Assembly (NCBI GenBank): GCA_963804405.1
Contig: CAWDQG010000030.1
Location: 28,017 to 92,016, forward strand
Direction of reading: 5' to 3'
DNA length: 64,000 nucleotides
DNA from: an uncultured Alphaproteobacteria bacterium
GTDB lineage: Bacteria; Pseudomonadota; Alphaproteobacteria; Rhizobiales; Xanthobacteraceae
Below the pieces are notes generated by a model. The model saw only the letters and a program-made list of their open reading frames with translations. It searched no databases and was not told where the DNA came from. Of this stretch, positions 30,115 through 39,855 are shown piece by piece. A program made the position numbers and the translations under genes. Numbering within the stretch: position 1 is the first letter of the stretch; each line of letters begins with the position of its first letter.

Positions 30115-32394
30115 ATGATGACCGCAAAAACCGCTCGATCCCGTTCCGCCGGCAGCACTTCGGCCACCGCTCACTCCCGGCGCGCGTTTCTCAAGGCAAC
30201 CGCGACGGCAGGCGGCGGTCTGTTGCTGCAGGCGGTATTGCCGCCGCTGGCGCGGATGGCGATGGCCGACGACACGGCGGCCGCCGCAGGCGAAGCCGCG
30301 CTCAACGCGTATATCCGTATCGCGCCCGACGGCATCGTCACCATCATGTCGAAAAATCCGGAGATCGGCCAAGGCATCAAGACCATGCTGCCGATGGTGA
30401 TCGCCGAGGAACTCGACGTTGCCTGGGATAACGTGCGGATCGAGCAGGCGCCGCTCGATGCGGCCAAATACGGCCAGCAATTCGCCGGCGGCAGCCGGGC
30501 GACGCCGCTCAATTACGATCCGCTGCGCCGCGTCGGCGCGGCCGGCCGACAGATGCTCGTCGCCGCGGCGGCGCAAAGCTGGAACGTCGCGCCATCAGAA
30601 TGCAGCACCGAGGCGGGCGTGATCTATCATCGCGAAACCGGCCGTTCCCTTCCCTATGGTGCGATTGCTGCCAAAGCCGCGGCAATGCCAGTGCCGGACC
30701 TTGCGCGCGTGGCGCTCAAGGATCCGAAAAACTTCAAGATCATCGGTCAGCGCATTGCCGGCGTCGACAACGCCAAAATCGTCACCGGCCAGCCGCTGTT
30801 CGGCATCGATGTCACGCTGCCGGGCATGTTGCACGCGGTGTTCCATAAATGCCCGGTGTTCGGCGGCAAGCTTAAGAGCGCCAACATCGAGGCCATCAAG
30901 GCGCTGCCGGGCATTCATGATGCTTTCATTGTCCGAGCGAGCGACGCCGCCAGTCCGGCAGGCGATCAACAGGGGCTGAGTGACGGCGTCGCCATCGTCG
31001 CGAAAAGCTGGTGGGCGGCAAGCCGCGCGCGCGAAAAGCTCAAAGTGACCTGGGACGAAGGTCCGACCGCGGCACAGAGCAGCGCAAGCTTCGCGCAGAG
31101 CGCCGCCAAGCTCGGCAGGGGAACGCCGGCTTCCTTTCTGCGCCGTGACGGCGACGTGGCGTCAACGCTCACGAGCGCCGCGCATGTCGTCGAGGCCGCC
31201 TATTCCTATCCGTTCCTGGCCCATATCAGCCTCGAGCCGCAGAACTGCACGGCACATTTCAAAGACGGCAAGGTCGTCTTCTGGGCGCCGACCCAGTTGC
31301 CAGGACCCGGCGCCAAGCTCGTGGCAACGACGCTCGGCATCGCCGAGAGCGACGTCACCGTCAACATGACGCGCATGGGCGGGGGCTTTGGCCGGCGGCT
31401 GCGCAACGACTTTATGGCCGAAGCGGCCTGGATCTCGAAGAAGGTCGGCGCGCCGATCAAGCTCGTCTGGACCCGCGAGGACGATATCCAGCACGACTTC
31501 TACCGGCCGGCCGGCTTTCACTTTCTCAAGGCCGGACTCGACAGCGCCGGCAAGCTCGTCGCGTTGCGCGATCATTTCGTCACTTTCGGCCAAGGCAGCA
31601 GGCTCGCCGACTCGGCGGCGATGGATGCCAATGAATTTCCGGCCGGGCTGGTGCCGCATCTCGAATACGGCCAGTCGGTGATGGAGCTCGGCGTGCCGAC
31701 CGGGCCGCTGCGCGCTCCTCGCTCCAACGCGCTCGGTTTCGTTTTCCAATCGTTCCTTGACGAATTGGCGCACGCAGCCGGCGCGGACCCGCTCGAGTTT
31801 CGCGTCGCGCTGCTCGGCGAGCCAAAAGTACTGGTCAATTCCAGCGGCAAGCCCGATCCGCTCCGTGACTTCGATACGGCTCGCATGCGCAACGTGCTGC
31901 GCCGCGTCGGCGAAATTTCGCGCTGGTCAGAGCGCCACGCGCTACCGGCGCGAACCGCCAAGGGCGTCGCCTTCTACTTCAGCCATTTCGGCTATTTCGC
32001 CGAAGTGGTGCAGGTAACGGTGCCGGCGTCAGGCGACATCAAGCTCGACCATGTCTGGGTGGTCGGCGACGTCGGCAGCCAGATCATCAATCCGAGCGGG
32101 GCCGAGAACCAGGTGCAGGGCGCGGCGCTCGACGGGCTGGGCTCGGCGCTCGGGCAAGCCATCACCATCGAGCGCGGACGCGTCGTGCAGTCGAATTTCG
32201 ACAGCGTCAAGCCGCTCCGGATCGACCAGGCGCCGCCGGTCGACGTTGAATTTCTCATCACCGACAATCCGCCGACCGGCCTCGGCGAGCCGGCATTGCC
32301 GCCGGTCGTGCCGGCCCTTTGCAACGCCATCTTCGCCGCGACCGGCAAGCGCATGCGCAGCCTCCCGGTCGACATCGACGTCCTGAAAGTCTGA
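30115..32394 (+). CDS. Molybdopterin-dependent oxidoreductase large subunit (IorB-like), Tat-exported
   Basis: ORF 30100..32394. Twin-arginine signal SRRAFLKATATAGGG. Xanthine-dehydrogenase-family body. Exact start (30100 GTG / 30103 / 30115 ATG) is uncertain. Overlaps or abuts the small-subunit stop. Confidence 0.8.
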   Translation: MMTAKTARSRSAGSTSATAHSRRAFLKATATAGGGLLLQAVLPPLARMAMADDTAAAAGEAALNAYIRIAPDGIVTIMSKNPEIGQGIKTMLPMVIAEELDVAWDNVRIEQAPLDAAKYGQQFAGGSRATPLNYDPLRRVGAAGRQMLVAAAAQSWNVAPSECSTEAGVIYHRETGRSLPYGAIAAKAAAMPVPDLARVALKDPKNFKIIGQRIAGVDNAKIVTGQPLFGIDVTLPGMLHAVFHKCPVFGGKLKSANIEAIKALPGIHDAFIVRASDAASPAGDQQGLSDGVAIVAKSWWAASRAREKLKVTWDEGPTAAQSSASFAQSAAKLGRGTPASFLRRDGDVASTLTSAAHVVEAAYSYPFLAHISLEPQNCTAHFKDGKVVFWAPTQLPGPGAKLVATTLGIAESDVTVNMTRMGGGFGRRLRNDFMAEAAWISKKVGAPIKLVWTREDDIQHDFYRPAGFHFLKAGLDSAGKLVALRDHFVTFGQGSRLADSAAMDANEFPAGLVPHLEYGQSVMELGVPTGPLRAPRSNALGFVFQSFLDELAHAAGADPLEFRVALLGEPKVLVNSSGKPDPLRDFDTARMRNVLRRVGEISRWSERHALPARTAKGVAFYFSHFGYFAEVVQVTVPASGDIKLDHVWVVGDVGSQIINPSGAENQVQGAALDGLGSALGQAITIERGRVVQSNFDSVKPLRIDQAPPVDVEFLITDNPPTGLGEPALPPVVPALCNAIFAATGKRMRSLPVDIDVLKV

Positions 32395-32500
32395 CATCGA
32401 AGACGCGTCTGGGCGTGACGACGACCATCGCGGCGGCAACGCGCGCGTAACCATGTCGCGGCGCTGGCGCGAAAAAATCTTCGTCAAAGCAAAAAAACTC

Positions 32501-32528
32501 TTGCATCGCGCGGCCAACGCGCTTATGT
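32501..32528 (+). promoter_or_regulatory. Candidate sigma70-type promoter for the odc leader
   Basis: TTGCAT (32501-32506), 16 nt, TTATGT (32523-32528), preceded by A-tracts (gaaaaaatcttcgtcaaagcaaaaaaact). Confidence 0.4.
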
Positions 32529-32534
32529 CGCCTC

Positions 32535-32993
32535 CGCCCAATTTCGCACGTGCCTGTGGCCGCGTGTCGGTTGGTGGGCATCCGGACAAGAGGCCGGACA
32601 GCCGCCCGGAGTGAGGCCGAGACTCGAAGCCGAATGGCGAGAGTGTCGGCCGTTTGAGCTCCGAACCACTTAACCGGCAGCCGGAGGCGAAACCGGCGCA
32701 CCCCGCGCTCAACGGGGGACGCGGCTTAAAGCAACGACGGAGCGGGCTTCTCTGGTCTCGTCGGCCCTCCAAAGGTCGACACCGCAGAGGCTTGTCCATC
32801 ATTGCCGGCCGTGCGGAACGGGTCTCCCGCTCCAAACCAAGGCAGCATCTCGGGTGTAGAGCCCGTCGCCTTTGTCCGTGTCTCCACCGCACGACGAGGC
32901 GCCGACCCTCACCCGCTGACGCCGGGCGAATTCTATTCGCCTGAATTTCAATCTGAGCCGCGAGGCTCATTGAACCTGGTGAGGAGAGCGCCC
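32535..32993 (+). promoter_or_regulatory. Long structured 5' leader upstream of ornithine decarboxylase (candidate speF RNA element)
   Basis: 599-bp gap between iorB-like and odc contains only implausible ORFs. GC-rich complementary segments include ggagcggg 32739-32746 with cccgctcc 32826-33, and ccgg-cag-ccgg near 32670. The Rfam speF motif is known upstream of alphaproteobacterial ornithine decarboxylase genes. No covariance-model search was possible here. Confidence 0.5.
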
Positions 32994-34136
32994 ATGACCG
33001 CGCGCATCCGCGATTTTCTGCGTAACCGCCAAGCAGGCGGCCAAGACGACGGGCCGTGCCTGGTCGTCGACCTCGACGTCGTCCGCGAGAATTACCTCGG
33101 CTTCGCCAAGGCGCTGCCCGACACGCGCGTGTTCTACGCGGTGAAGGCCAACCCCGCGCCGGAAGTGCTGTCGCTCCTCGCCGGGCTGGGCTCCTGCTTC
33201 GACACCGCCTCGGTCCCGGAGATCGAGATGGTGCTCGCCGCCGGCGCCACCGCCGACCGCATCTCGTTTGGCAACACGATCAAGAAGGAGCGCGATGTCG
33301 CCCGCGCCTACGCGCTCGGCGTTCGCCTCTATGCGGTCGATTGCCAGGCCGAGGTCGAGAAGGTGGCGCGCGCCGCGCCAGGCAGCCGCGTGTTCTGCCG
33401 CATTCTCTCCGACTGCGTCGGGGCGGAGTGGCCGCTGTCGCGCAAGTTCGGCTGCGAGCCGGCGATGGCGGTCGACGTGCTCGAGCATGCCCACCGGCTC
33501 GGACTCGAGGCCTACGGCATCTCGTTCCATGTCGGTTCGCAACAGCGCAACCCGCATGCCTGGGATCGCGCGCTCGCGTCCGCCGCCGCGGTGTTCCGCG
33601 ATTGCGGCGAGCGCGGCTTGACGCTGTCGATGGTCAATTTGGGCGGCGGATTTCCGACCAAGTACCTCAAGAACGTGCCGACGGTAAAAACCTACGGCTC
33701 GGCGATCTTCCGCGCGCTGCGGCGCCATTTCGGCAACCGCATCCCGGAGACCATCGTCGAACCGGGCCGCGGCATGGTCGGCAATGCCGGCGTGATCGAA
33801 GCCGAAGTCGTGCTGGTCTCGAGGAAGAGCGAGAACGACGATGTGCGCTGGGTCTATCTCGATATCGGCAAATTCGGCGGGCTCGCCGAAACCATGGACG
33901 AGTTGATCCGCTATCCGATCCGCACGACCCATGACGGTGGCGACGTCGGTCCTTGCGTGCTGGCGGGCCCGACCTGCGATTCAGCGGACGTGTTGTACGA
34001 GAAGGTGCCGTATCCGCTGCCGGTAAGCCTCGAGATCGGCGACAAAGTGCTGATCGAAGGCGCCGGCGCCTATACGGCGACCTACTCGTCCGTGGCCTTC
34101 AACGGCTTCGCGCCGCTGAGGACGTTTCACATTTAA
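32994..34136 (+). CDS. odc: Ornithine/lysine decarboxylase, PLP-dependent group IV (eukaryote-type ODC)
   Basis: ORF 32802..34136 trimmed to ATG 32994 (GAGGAGAG RBS). FYAVKAN (PLP lysine), ...HVGSQ..., NLGGGFP, ...GPTCDSAD. Confidence 0.85.
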   Translation: MTARIRDFLRNRQAGGQDDGPCLVVDLDVVRENYLGFAKALPDTRVFYAVKANPAPEVLSLLAGLGSCFDTASVPEIEMVLAAGATADRISFGNTIKKERDVARAYALGVRLYAVDCQAEVEKVARAAPGSRVFCRILSDCVGAEWPLSRKFGCEPAMAVDVLEHAHRLGLEAYGISFHVGSQQRNPHAWDRALASAAAVFRDCGERGLTLSMVNLGGGFPTKYLKNVPTVKTYGSAIFRALRRHFGNRIPETIVEPGRGMVGNAGVIEAEVVLVSRKSENDDVRWVYLDIGKFGGLAETMDELIRYPIRTTHDGGDVGPCVLAGPTCDSADVLYEKVPYPLPVSLEIGDKVLIEGAGAYTATYSSVAFNGFAPLRTFHI

Positions 34137-34264
34137 GGTTGCCACATCTAAGGCTGTCGCAACTGGCAGCCACATCCAGCCTCGCCGGGAGCCGGCTTTT
34201 GCCGGCTCCCATCATCAACCCTCCTCGAACTGACAGCGCCGTTGAAGGGCGAACGGAGTGGGCC

Positions 34265-34828
34265 ATGGTGAAAATTCGCAACGAAATGCCCGCCGACATC
34301 GAGGCGCGCGACGATCTGCTCGATCGTGTCTGGGGTTCGTCGCGCTTCGGCAAGACCGCGGAACGGCTGCGCGAAGGCCGCAAGCCCGCCGCCGGGCTTT
34401 CCTTCGTCGCTGAACACGATGGCGCCATCGTCGGCACGGTCCGGCTTTGGCACGTCAGCGCCGGACCGGGCCGGCCGGCGCTGCTGCTCGGACCACTCGC
34501 GATCGACGAGGCGACCCGCTGCCGCGGTATCGGCGGCGCCTTAATGGGGCGCGCCATCACGGCCGCGTGGCGGCGCAAACATCGGGCCGTGCTGCTGGTC
34601 GGCGATGCCGCCTATTACCAGCGCTTCGGTTTCTCGGCGGAAAAGACCAGCGGGCTGTGGTTGCCGGGCCCGTATGACCGCCATCGCTTGCTCGCGTGCG
34701 AGCTGGTGCCGGGAACGCTCGAAGGCGCGGAGGGCCTCGTTAGCGCCACCGGCAAACCGGCGCCGGCGCCGAGCCTCGACGTCCTCATCGCGCGTCTCGC
34801 TCGTGAACACGAACGTCATGCAGCTTGA
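34265..34828 (+). CDS. GNAT-family N-acetyltransferase
   Basis: ORF 33953..34828 trimmed to ATG 34265. ...AIVGTVRLWHVSAG...IDEATRCRGIGGALMGRAI... acetyl-CoA-binding pattern. Lies between odc and hss. Confidence 0.7.
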   Translation: MVKIRNEMPADIEARDDLLDRVWGSSRFGKTAERLREGRKPAAGLSFVAEHDGAIVGTVRLWHVSAGPGRPALLLGPLAIDEATRCRGIGGALMGRAITAAWRRKHRAVLLVGDAAYYQRFGFSAEKTSGLWLPGPYDRHRLLACELVPGTLEGAEGLVSATGKPAPAPSLDVLIARLAREHERHAA

Positions 34829-34857
34829 CTATCATCCAGAATTTGGGAACCACGAAT

Positions 34858-36310
34858 ATGAACGTCATGACCAAAACCACCATCGCCTGGCCCCTGCACG
34901 CCCGCTTCGACGGCCCGATCGTGATGATCGGCTTTGGCTCGATCGGCCGCGGCACGCTGCCGCTCATCGAGCGGCATATCGGCTTCGACCGGACGAAATT
35001 CGTCGTAATCGCGCCGGATGACGAAGATCGCCGTCTGTTGGACGAGCGTAAGCTTCGCTTCCTCCATGTCGCGATCACCAAGGAGAATTATCGCGACGTG
35101 CTCACCCCGCTGCTCACCGGGGGACCGGGGCGCGGCATGATCGTCAACCTGTCGGTCGACACCTCCTCGGTCGATCTGATGGCGTTCGCCAAGGATATCG
35201 ATGCCTTCTACATCGATACCGTGGTCGAGCCGTGGCCGGGACTTTACACCGACCGCAGCCGCTCGATCTCGCAGCGCTCGAACTATGCGCTGCGCGAGAG
35301 CGTGCTGGATTTGCGGCGGCGGCGGCCCGGCGGCATCACCGCGGTGAGCTGCTGTGGCGCCAATCCCGGCATGGTGTCGTGGTTCGTCAAGCAGGCGCTG
35401 CTCGACGTCGCCACCGAGATCGGGCTTAAGTTCGACGAGCCGAAGACGCGCGACGACTGGGCGCGGCTGATGCAGCGCGCCGGCGTCAAGGGTATCCACA
35501 TTGCCGAGCGCGACACCCAGCGTGCGCGCGACCCAAAGCCGCGCGCCATGTTCGTCAACACCTGGTCGGTCGAAGGCTTTTGCTCGGAGGGTCTGCAGCC
35601 GGCCGAGCTCGGCTGGGGCACGCACGAAAAGAAAATGCCGGTGAACGGCCGCAAGCACGACTTCGGTTGCGATGCCGCCATCTATCTGACGCAGCCGGGC
35701 GCCGGCACGCGCGTTCGCTCATGGACGCCGACGGCGCAGGCGCAGCACGCTTTCATGATCACCCACAACGAGTTCGATCTCGATCGCGGACTACTTCACG
35801 CTGCGCGAGAACGGCGCCGCGGTCTATCGCCCGACCTGCCACTACGCTTACCATCCATGCGACGACGCGGTGCTGTCGCTGCACGAGATGGCGGGAGCGG
35901 CATGGCAAATGCAGCCGGATTGGAAGATCCTCGACGAGCGGGACATCGTCGACGGCGTCGATGAGCTTGGCGTGCTGCTCTACGGCCACGCCCGCAATGC
36001 CTACTGGTATGGCTCGCAATTGTCGGTCGAGGAAACCCGGCAGCTGGCGCCGTACCAGAACGCGACCGGACTGCAGGTCACCTCCGCGGTGCTCGCCGGC
36101 ATGGTCTGGATGCTGGAAAATCCCGACCGCGGCATTGTCGAGGCCGACGAGATGGATTTCCGGCGCTGTCTCGAAATCCAGCGGCCTTATCTCGGGCCGG
36201 TGATCGGGCGCTATACCGAGTGGACGCCGGCCGACGGCCGCGGCGTCCTGTTCCCGGAGGAGATCGATCGCGACGATCCCTGGCAGTTCAGCAACGTGGT
36301 GGTCCAATAG
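34858..36310 (+). pseudogene. hss: Homospermidine synthase, one frame break
   Basis: ORF 34825..35964 (…IVMIGFGSIGRGTLPLIERH…CCGANPGMVSWFVKQAL…FMITHNE) continues in the frame of ORF 35870..36310 as SISIADYFTLRENGAAVYRPTCHYAYHPCDDAVLSLHEM.... Break at gagTTcg 35773-35774. Confidence 0.8.
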
Positions 36311-36419
36311 TGATCGGCGGGTGGCGGCAAAGCCACCCGCTTTTTGCGTCCCGTCCGCCTGCCGTCGTATTTGGAATGATGTGGACCAAGACCAGCGCGC
36401 TTGTCCAACGCGTCCCGCG

Positions 36420-36935
36420 CTACTGTGTCTGAAAACCCTTACCGGGGCGAAACGACTTCGACATCCGCGCGACGATTGGATCGTATTTCTGCTTCAGGCT
36501 CGCCGGATATGACATGACAAAGCCCTCAGTGAGCTCTTTGCCGTGCGACAAGAGATGTCGCTCGTAGAATATGCCGTCGGCGCCTTTGGTGCCTGAGATG
36601 ACAAACCAATCCTTGCCTTCCGCCTGATAAGTAATGAGCTCGCCGGCCTCCAGGTTTTTCACGATAAAATCCTTAAAGCCGGCCAGGTCAAAATCGAGCG
36701 CGTTGAATGACGCGAAAACCGAGAATTTGGCGCCGTCGGCGCTTGTGAATGCCAGGCCGTCATTGTTGTCCGGTGGCCGCCCGGCGTTGAAAATATTCGG
36801 ATAGTCGATCGTGGTGCCGTAACGGTCGTTCTGATACGTGCGCCAATCGTCCGCCAACGTCGGCGGCACTGCCGTAGCTTGGATGACGGCCGCTGCAGCA
36901 AAGATCGCTAAAGCCAATCGGCGCATGCGGTTCAT
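36420..36935 (-). CDS. Exported hypothetical protein
   Basis: ORF 36420..37415 trimmed to ATG 36935 (MNRMRRLALAIFAAAAVIQATA signal peptide). The start overlaps the upstream stop by 4 nt (ATGA). No family recognised. Confidence 0.6.
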   Translation of the reverse strand: MNRMRRLALAIFAAAAVIQATAVPPTLADDWRTYQNDRYGTTIDYPNIFNAGRPPDNNDGLAFTSADGAKFSVFASFNALDFDLAGFKDFIVKNLEAGELITYQAEGKDWFVISGTKGADGIFYERHLLSHGKELTEGFVMSYPASLKQKYDPIVARMSKSFRPGKGFQTQ

Positions 36936-37510
36936 TCTCGCCTGATGATCGTCTCGATGCGGCGGTCGGGAACAAGCCACATGATCGCGACCAGAACGTA
37001 AAGTCCCATTGACAGCCAGGGACTGACAAACGCCAGCACAACGCCGGCACTGTAGAGCACCAACGATATCCTGCCCTTGAAATCGTCGCCAACCGCCTCC
37101 GCCAGCACCGAGTGCTCGCCGTGCTGATGAATGATCGCTTTCACCAGCAGATAATAGGCGATCGCCGGCATCAGCAATGTGCCGCCATAGATCGCCGTCG
37201 GCACCGGCGCCAGGAGATTTTGCCCCATCCACGCCGTCGCTACCGGAATGATCGAGAGGCAGAACAACAGAAAAGAGTTGGCCCAGAGGATGAGGCCGTC
37301 CACGCGTGTCACGGTGTGCAAGAGATGGTGATGATTGTTCCAATAGATCGCCACGTAAACGAAGCTCAAGACGTAGGTTACGAGGTTCGGCGCGATCGCG
37401 ATGAGCGCCGCCCAATCAGCGCCGTGCGGCACGTGCAGTTCCAGCACCATGATGGTGATGATGATGGCGATGACGCCGTCACTGAACGCCGCGAGACGAT
37501 CTTTGCCCAT
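36932..37510 (-). CDS. TMEM175-family (DUF1211) potassium channel
   Basis: 192-aa ORF. RLAAFSDGVIAIIITIMVLEL signature at the N-terminus. Six-helix pattern. Intact. Confidence 0.75.
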   Translation of the reverse strand: MGKDRLAAFSDGVIAIIITIMVLELHVPHGADWAALIAIAPNLVTYVLSFVYVAIYWNNHHHLLHTVTRVDGLILWANSFLLFCLSIIPVATAWMGQNLLAPVPTAIYGGTLLMPAIAYYLLVKAIIHQHGEHSVLAEAVGDDFKGRISLVLYSAGVVLAFVSPWLSMGLYVLVAIMWLVPDRRIETIIRRE

Positions 37511-37570
37511 CTGTATGTCGCCGGCGCTGGCTCAGGATGCGAACGCAAGTCTGCGCTTGATGATATCCCG

Positions 37571-38602
37571 TCACTGCGCCGCGGTGCGTGACTTGACGGC
37601 GTCCCACCAGGGACAGACGCCGGACATGACTTGGTAGTTGCCGTCCATGACCTGGACCGGCCGGCGAAAGCCGTTTGCGGCGTTGGCGAGCCGGAGCGCG
37701 CGGGCTTTGCTCTGATCCTCGGCTGCGAGCCAGCCGCGGTCGTGGCCCCACATGCTCGGTCCTTCCTTGCGCTCGTACGCCTGCCAGGTGTCGACATCGA
37801 TCAGCCGCGCGCCCCAGCCGTATTCGACCATGAAGCCCGACGGCGTGAAGCTGTAGAACGAGGTGATGAAGTCGCTGGTGTGGCGCCCAAGCGTCACCGC
37901 GACGCGGCCGTCTTCGTTCAGAGCAAGATCGTATCCCTGCCCGACATCGTCGAAACTGAACAGCTCCATCATAACGTGATGGACCGCATTCTTGCCGGAT
38001 TGTACGAAGGCGAGGCTGTGGTGGCGCGGATTGACGTGAAGAAACCGGGCAATGAAGGGATGCGAATAATAATCCGTCAACCGGAAGCCAAGCGTGTCGC
38101 AATAGAACGACGTCATGCGCTCGATGGTCTCCGCGGTGTCGACGTTGAGCACCACGTGTCCGAGCCCGAGCGGGCCGGTGCGGAAACCGGAAATCGAGCG
38201 GCCGGGCTGGAAAGGCTCCGCGGTCGTTTCGGCGCCGTGAAAAATCTCAAGCCTATTGCCTTGCGGATCGTGAAGCACGATCAGATCCTTCACACGCCGT
38301 TCGTCGGCGAGCGCGCGGGCGCCGCGGGCCACGCTGATCCGCGCGTTCTCAAGCTGCCCGGCGAGCGCATCAAGCGCGGCCGCGTCCATAACCTCCCAGC
38401 CGAAAAAGCCGATGCCCTCGCCACCGTCGGCGTGGACAATGATGCGCTGCTTGCGATCGTCCATGCGGAAGGCGAGCGTCGCACGCGATTTGTCGACACG
38501 CTGAAGGCCAAGCAGGCCCGAGCCGTAGCTCGCCCAGTCGCCCAAATCCTTGGCTCGCACCCCGACATAACCGAAAGCTTGCGGAACTACTTTTTCGTGC
38601 AT
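37571..38602 (-). CDS. Type I extradiol dioxygenase (2,3-dihydroxybiphenyl/catechol 2,3-dioxygenase-like)
   Basis: ORF 37571..38971 trimmed to ATG 38602. Two VOC modules: ...GLGHVVLNV..., ...HHSLAF..., ...HHVMMEL.... Long C-terminal extension. Intact. Confidence 0.75.
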   Translation of the reverse strand: MHEKVVPQAFGYVGVRAKDLGDWASYGSGLLGLQRVDKSRATLAFRMDDRKQRIIVHADGGEGIGFFGWEVMDAAALDALAGQLENARISVARGARALADERRVKDLIVLHDPQGNRLEIFHGAETTAEPFQPGRSISGFRTGPLGLGHVVLNVDTAETIERMTSFYCDTLGFRLTDYYSHPFIARFLHVNPRHHSLAFVQSGKNAVHHVMMELFSFDDVGQGYDLALNEDGRVAVTLGRHTSDFITSFYSFTPSGFMVEYGWGARLIDVDTWQAYERKEGPSMWGHDRGWLAAEDQSKARALRLANAANGFRRPVQVMDGNYQVMSGVCPWWDAVKSRTAAQ

Positions 38603-38696
38603 GGCAAGTCTCGCGCGATCGTCGCCAACTTTGTACACCGATGCTCCGACAGTTGAAATGGTCCCAAACCAAATGGTTCGTAGGAGGCTTTGATCC

Positions 38697-39818
38697 ATGC
38701 CAGCGTCGACTAAACCGCCGTTCCGTGCCGAGCATGTCGGCAGCCTGATCCGGCCCGACGCCCTCATCGCCGCGCGGCAGGCGGCGGAAAAGGCCGAGAT
38801 TGCGCCAGCCGAACTTGCGCGCATCCAGCACGACGCCATCGCCGATATCGTACGCCTGCAGGAAGACATCGGGCTGCGTCTGGTCACTGACGGCGAGTAC
38901 AACCGCACCTTCTGGCAGCGCGACTTTCTGCTGAAATTCGGCAATGTGCGGGAGGCGGCGGCAAAGCTCATTGTGCGCTTTCACTCGTCCGCCGGCACGC
39001 GCGACCGCACCCCTGCGACGCTGGAAGTGGTCGGCAAGCTCAGCCGGCCGCAAGGCATCTTTGTCGACGATTTCAAGCTCCTGCAATCGATTGCGCGGGC
39101 CACGCCGAAAATCACCATTCCCTCGCCGACCACCATGCATTTTCGCGGCGGCCGCCAGGCGGTCGACGCCGCAGCCTACCCGGACATGGACGAATTTTAC
39201 GCCGACCTCGCCCGCGTCTACCGCGAGGAAATCCACGATCTTGCGCTGGCCGGCTGCCGCTATTTGCAGATCGACGAGGTCAATCTCGCCTATTTGTGCG
39301 ATGGCGAGCTGCGCGCGCAGGTCCGCAATATCGGCGAGGACCCCGACACGCTGCCGAAAACCTATGCCAGGCTTCTCAACGACACGATCGCCGGCCGCCC
39401 AGCCGACATGATTGTCGGCATGCATCTGTGCCGCGGCAACTTTGCCGGCGCCTGGGTAGCCGAGGGCGGTTACGATCCGATCGCCGAGCTTCTGTTCAAT
39501 GAGATCGCGGTCGACGGCTATTTCCTGGAATACGACTTGCCCCGCGCCGGTAATTTCGCGCCGCTGCGCTTCTTGCCGAAGGGCAAAGTCGCTGTCCTCG
39601 GTCTCGTCACCACCAAGAGCGGCAAGCTCGAAAGCAAGGATGACCTCAAACGCCGCATCGACGAGGCCAGCCGCTATGCCCCGCTCGAACAGCTGGCGCT
39701 GTCACCGCAGTGCGGCTTTTCCAGCGGCGTCGGCGGCAATGCCATGACGGTCGAGGACGAAATTGCGAAGCTTAAGCTTGTCATCGAAACGGCGCAGGAG
39801 GTGTGGGGATCGGCGTGA
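38697..39818 (+). CDS. Cobalamin-independent methionine synthase family protein (MetE C-terminal-domain-like)
   Basis: AGGAGG RBS. FRAEHVGSLIRP..., ...YLQIDEVNLAYL..., GMHLCRGN, ...LSPQCGFSS (Zn-ligand pattern). About 373 aa, single-domain. Confidence 0.75.
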   Translation: MPASTKPPFRAEHVGSLIRPDALIAARQAAEKAEIAPAELARIQHDAIADIVRLQEDIGLRLVTDGEYNRTFWQRDFLLKFGNVREAAAKLIVRFHSSAGTRDRTPATLEVVGKLSRPQGIFVDDFKLLQSIARATPKITIPSPTTMHFRGGRQAVDAAAYPDMDEFYADLARVYREEIHDLALAGCRYLQIDEVNLAYLCDGELRAQVRNIGEDPDTLPKTYARLLNDTIAGRPADMIVGMHLCRGNFAGAWVAEGGYDPIAELLFNEIAVDGYFLEYDLPRAGNFAPLRFLPKGKVAVLGLVTTKSGKLESKDDLKRRIDEASRYAPLEQLALSPQCGFSSGVGGNAMTVEDEIAKLKLVIETAQEVWGSA

Positions 39819-39855
39819 AATATGCCTCCCGGCAACAAACGCAGCGCGCCGGCCT

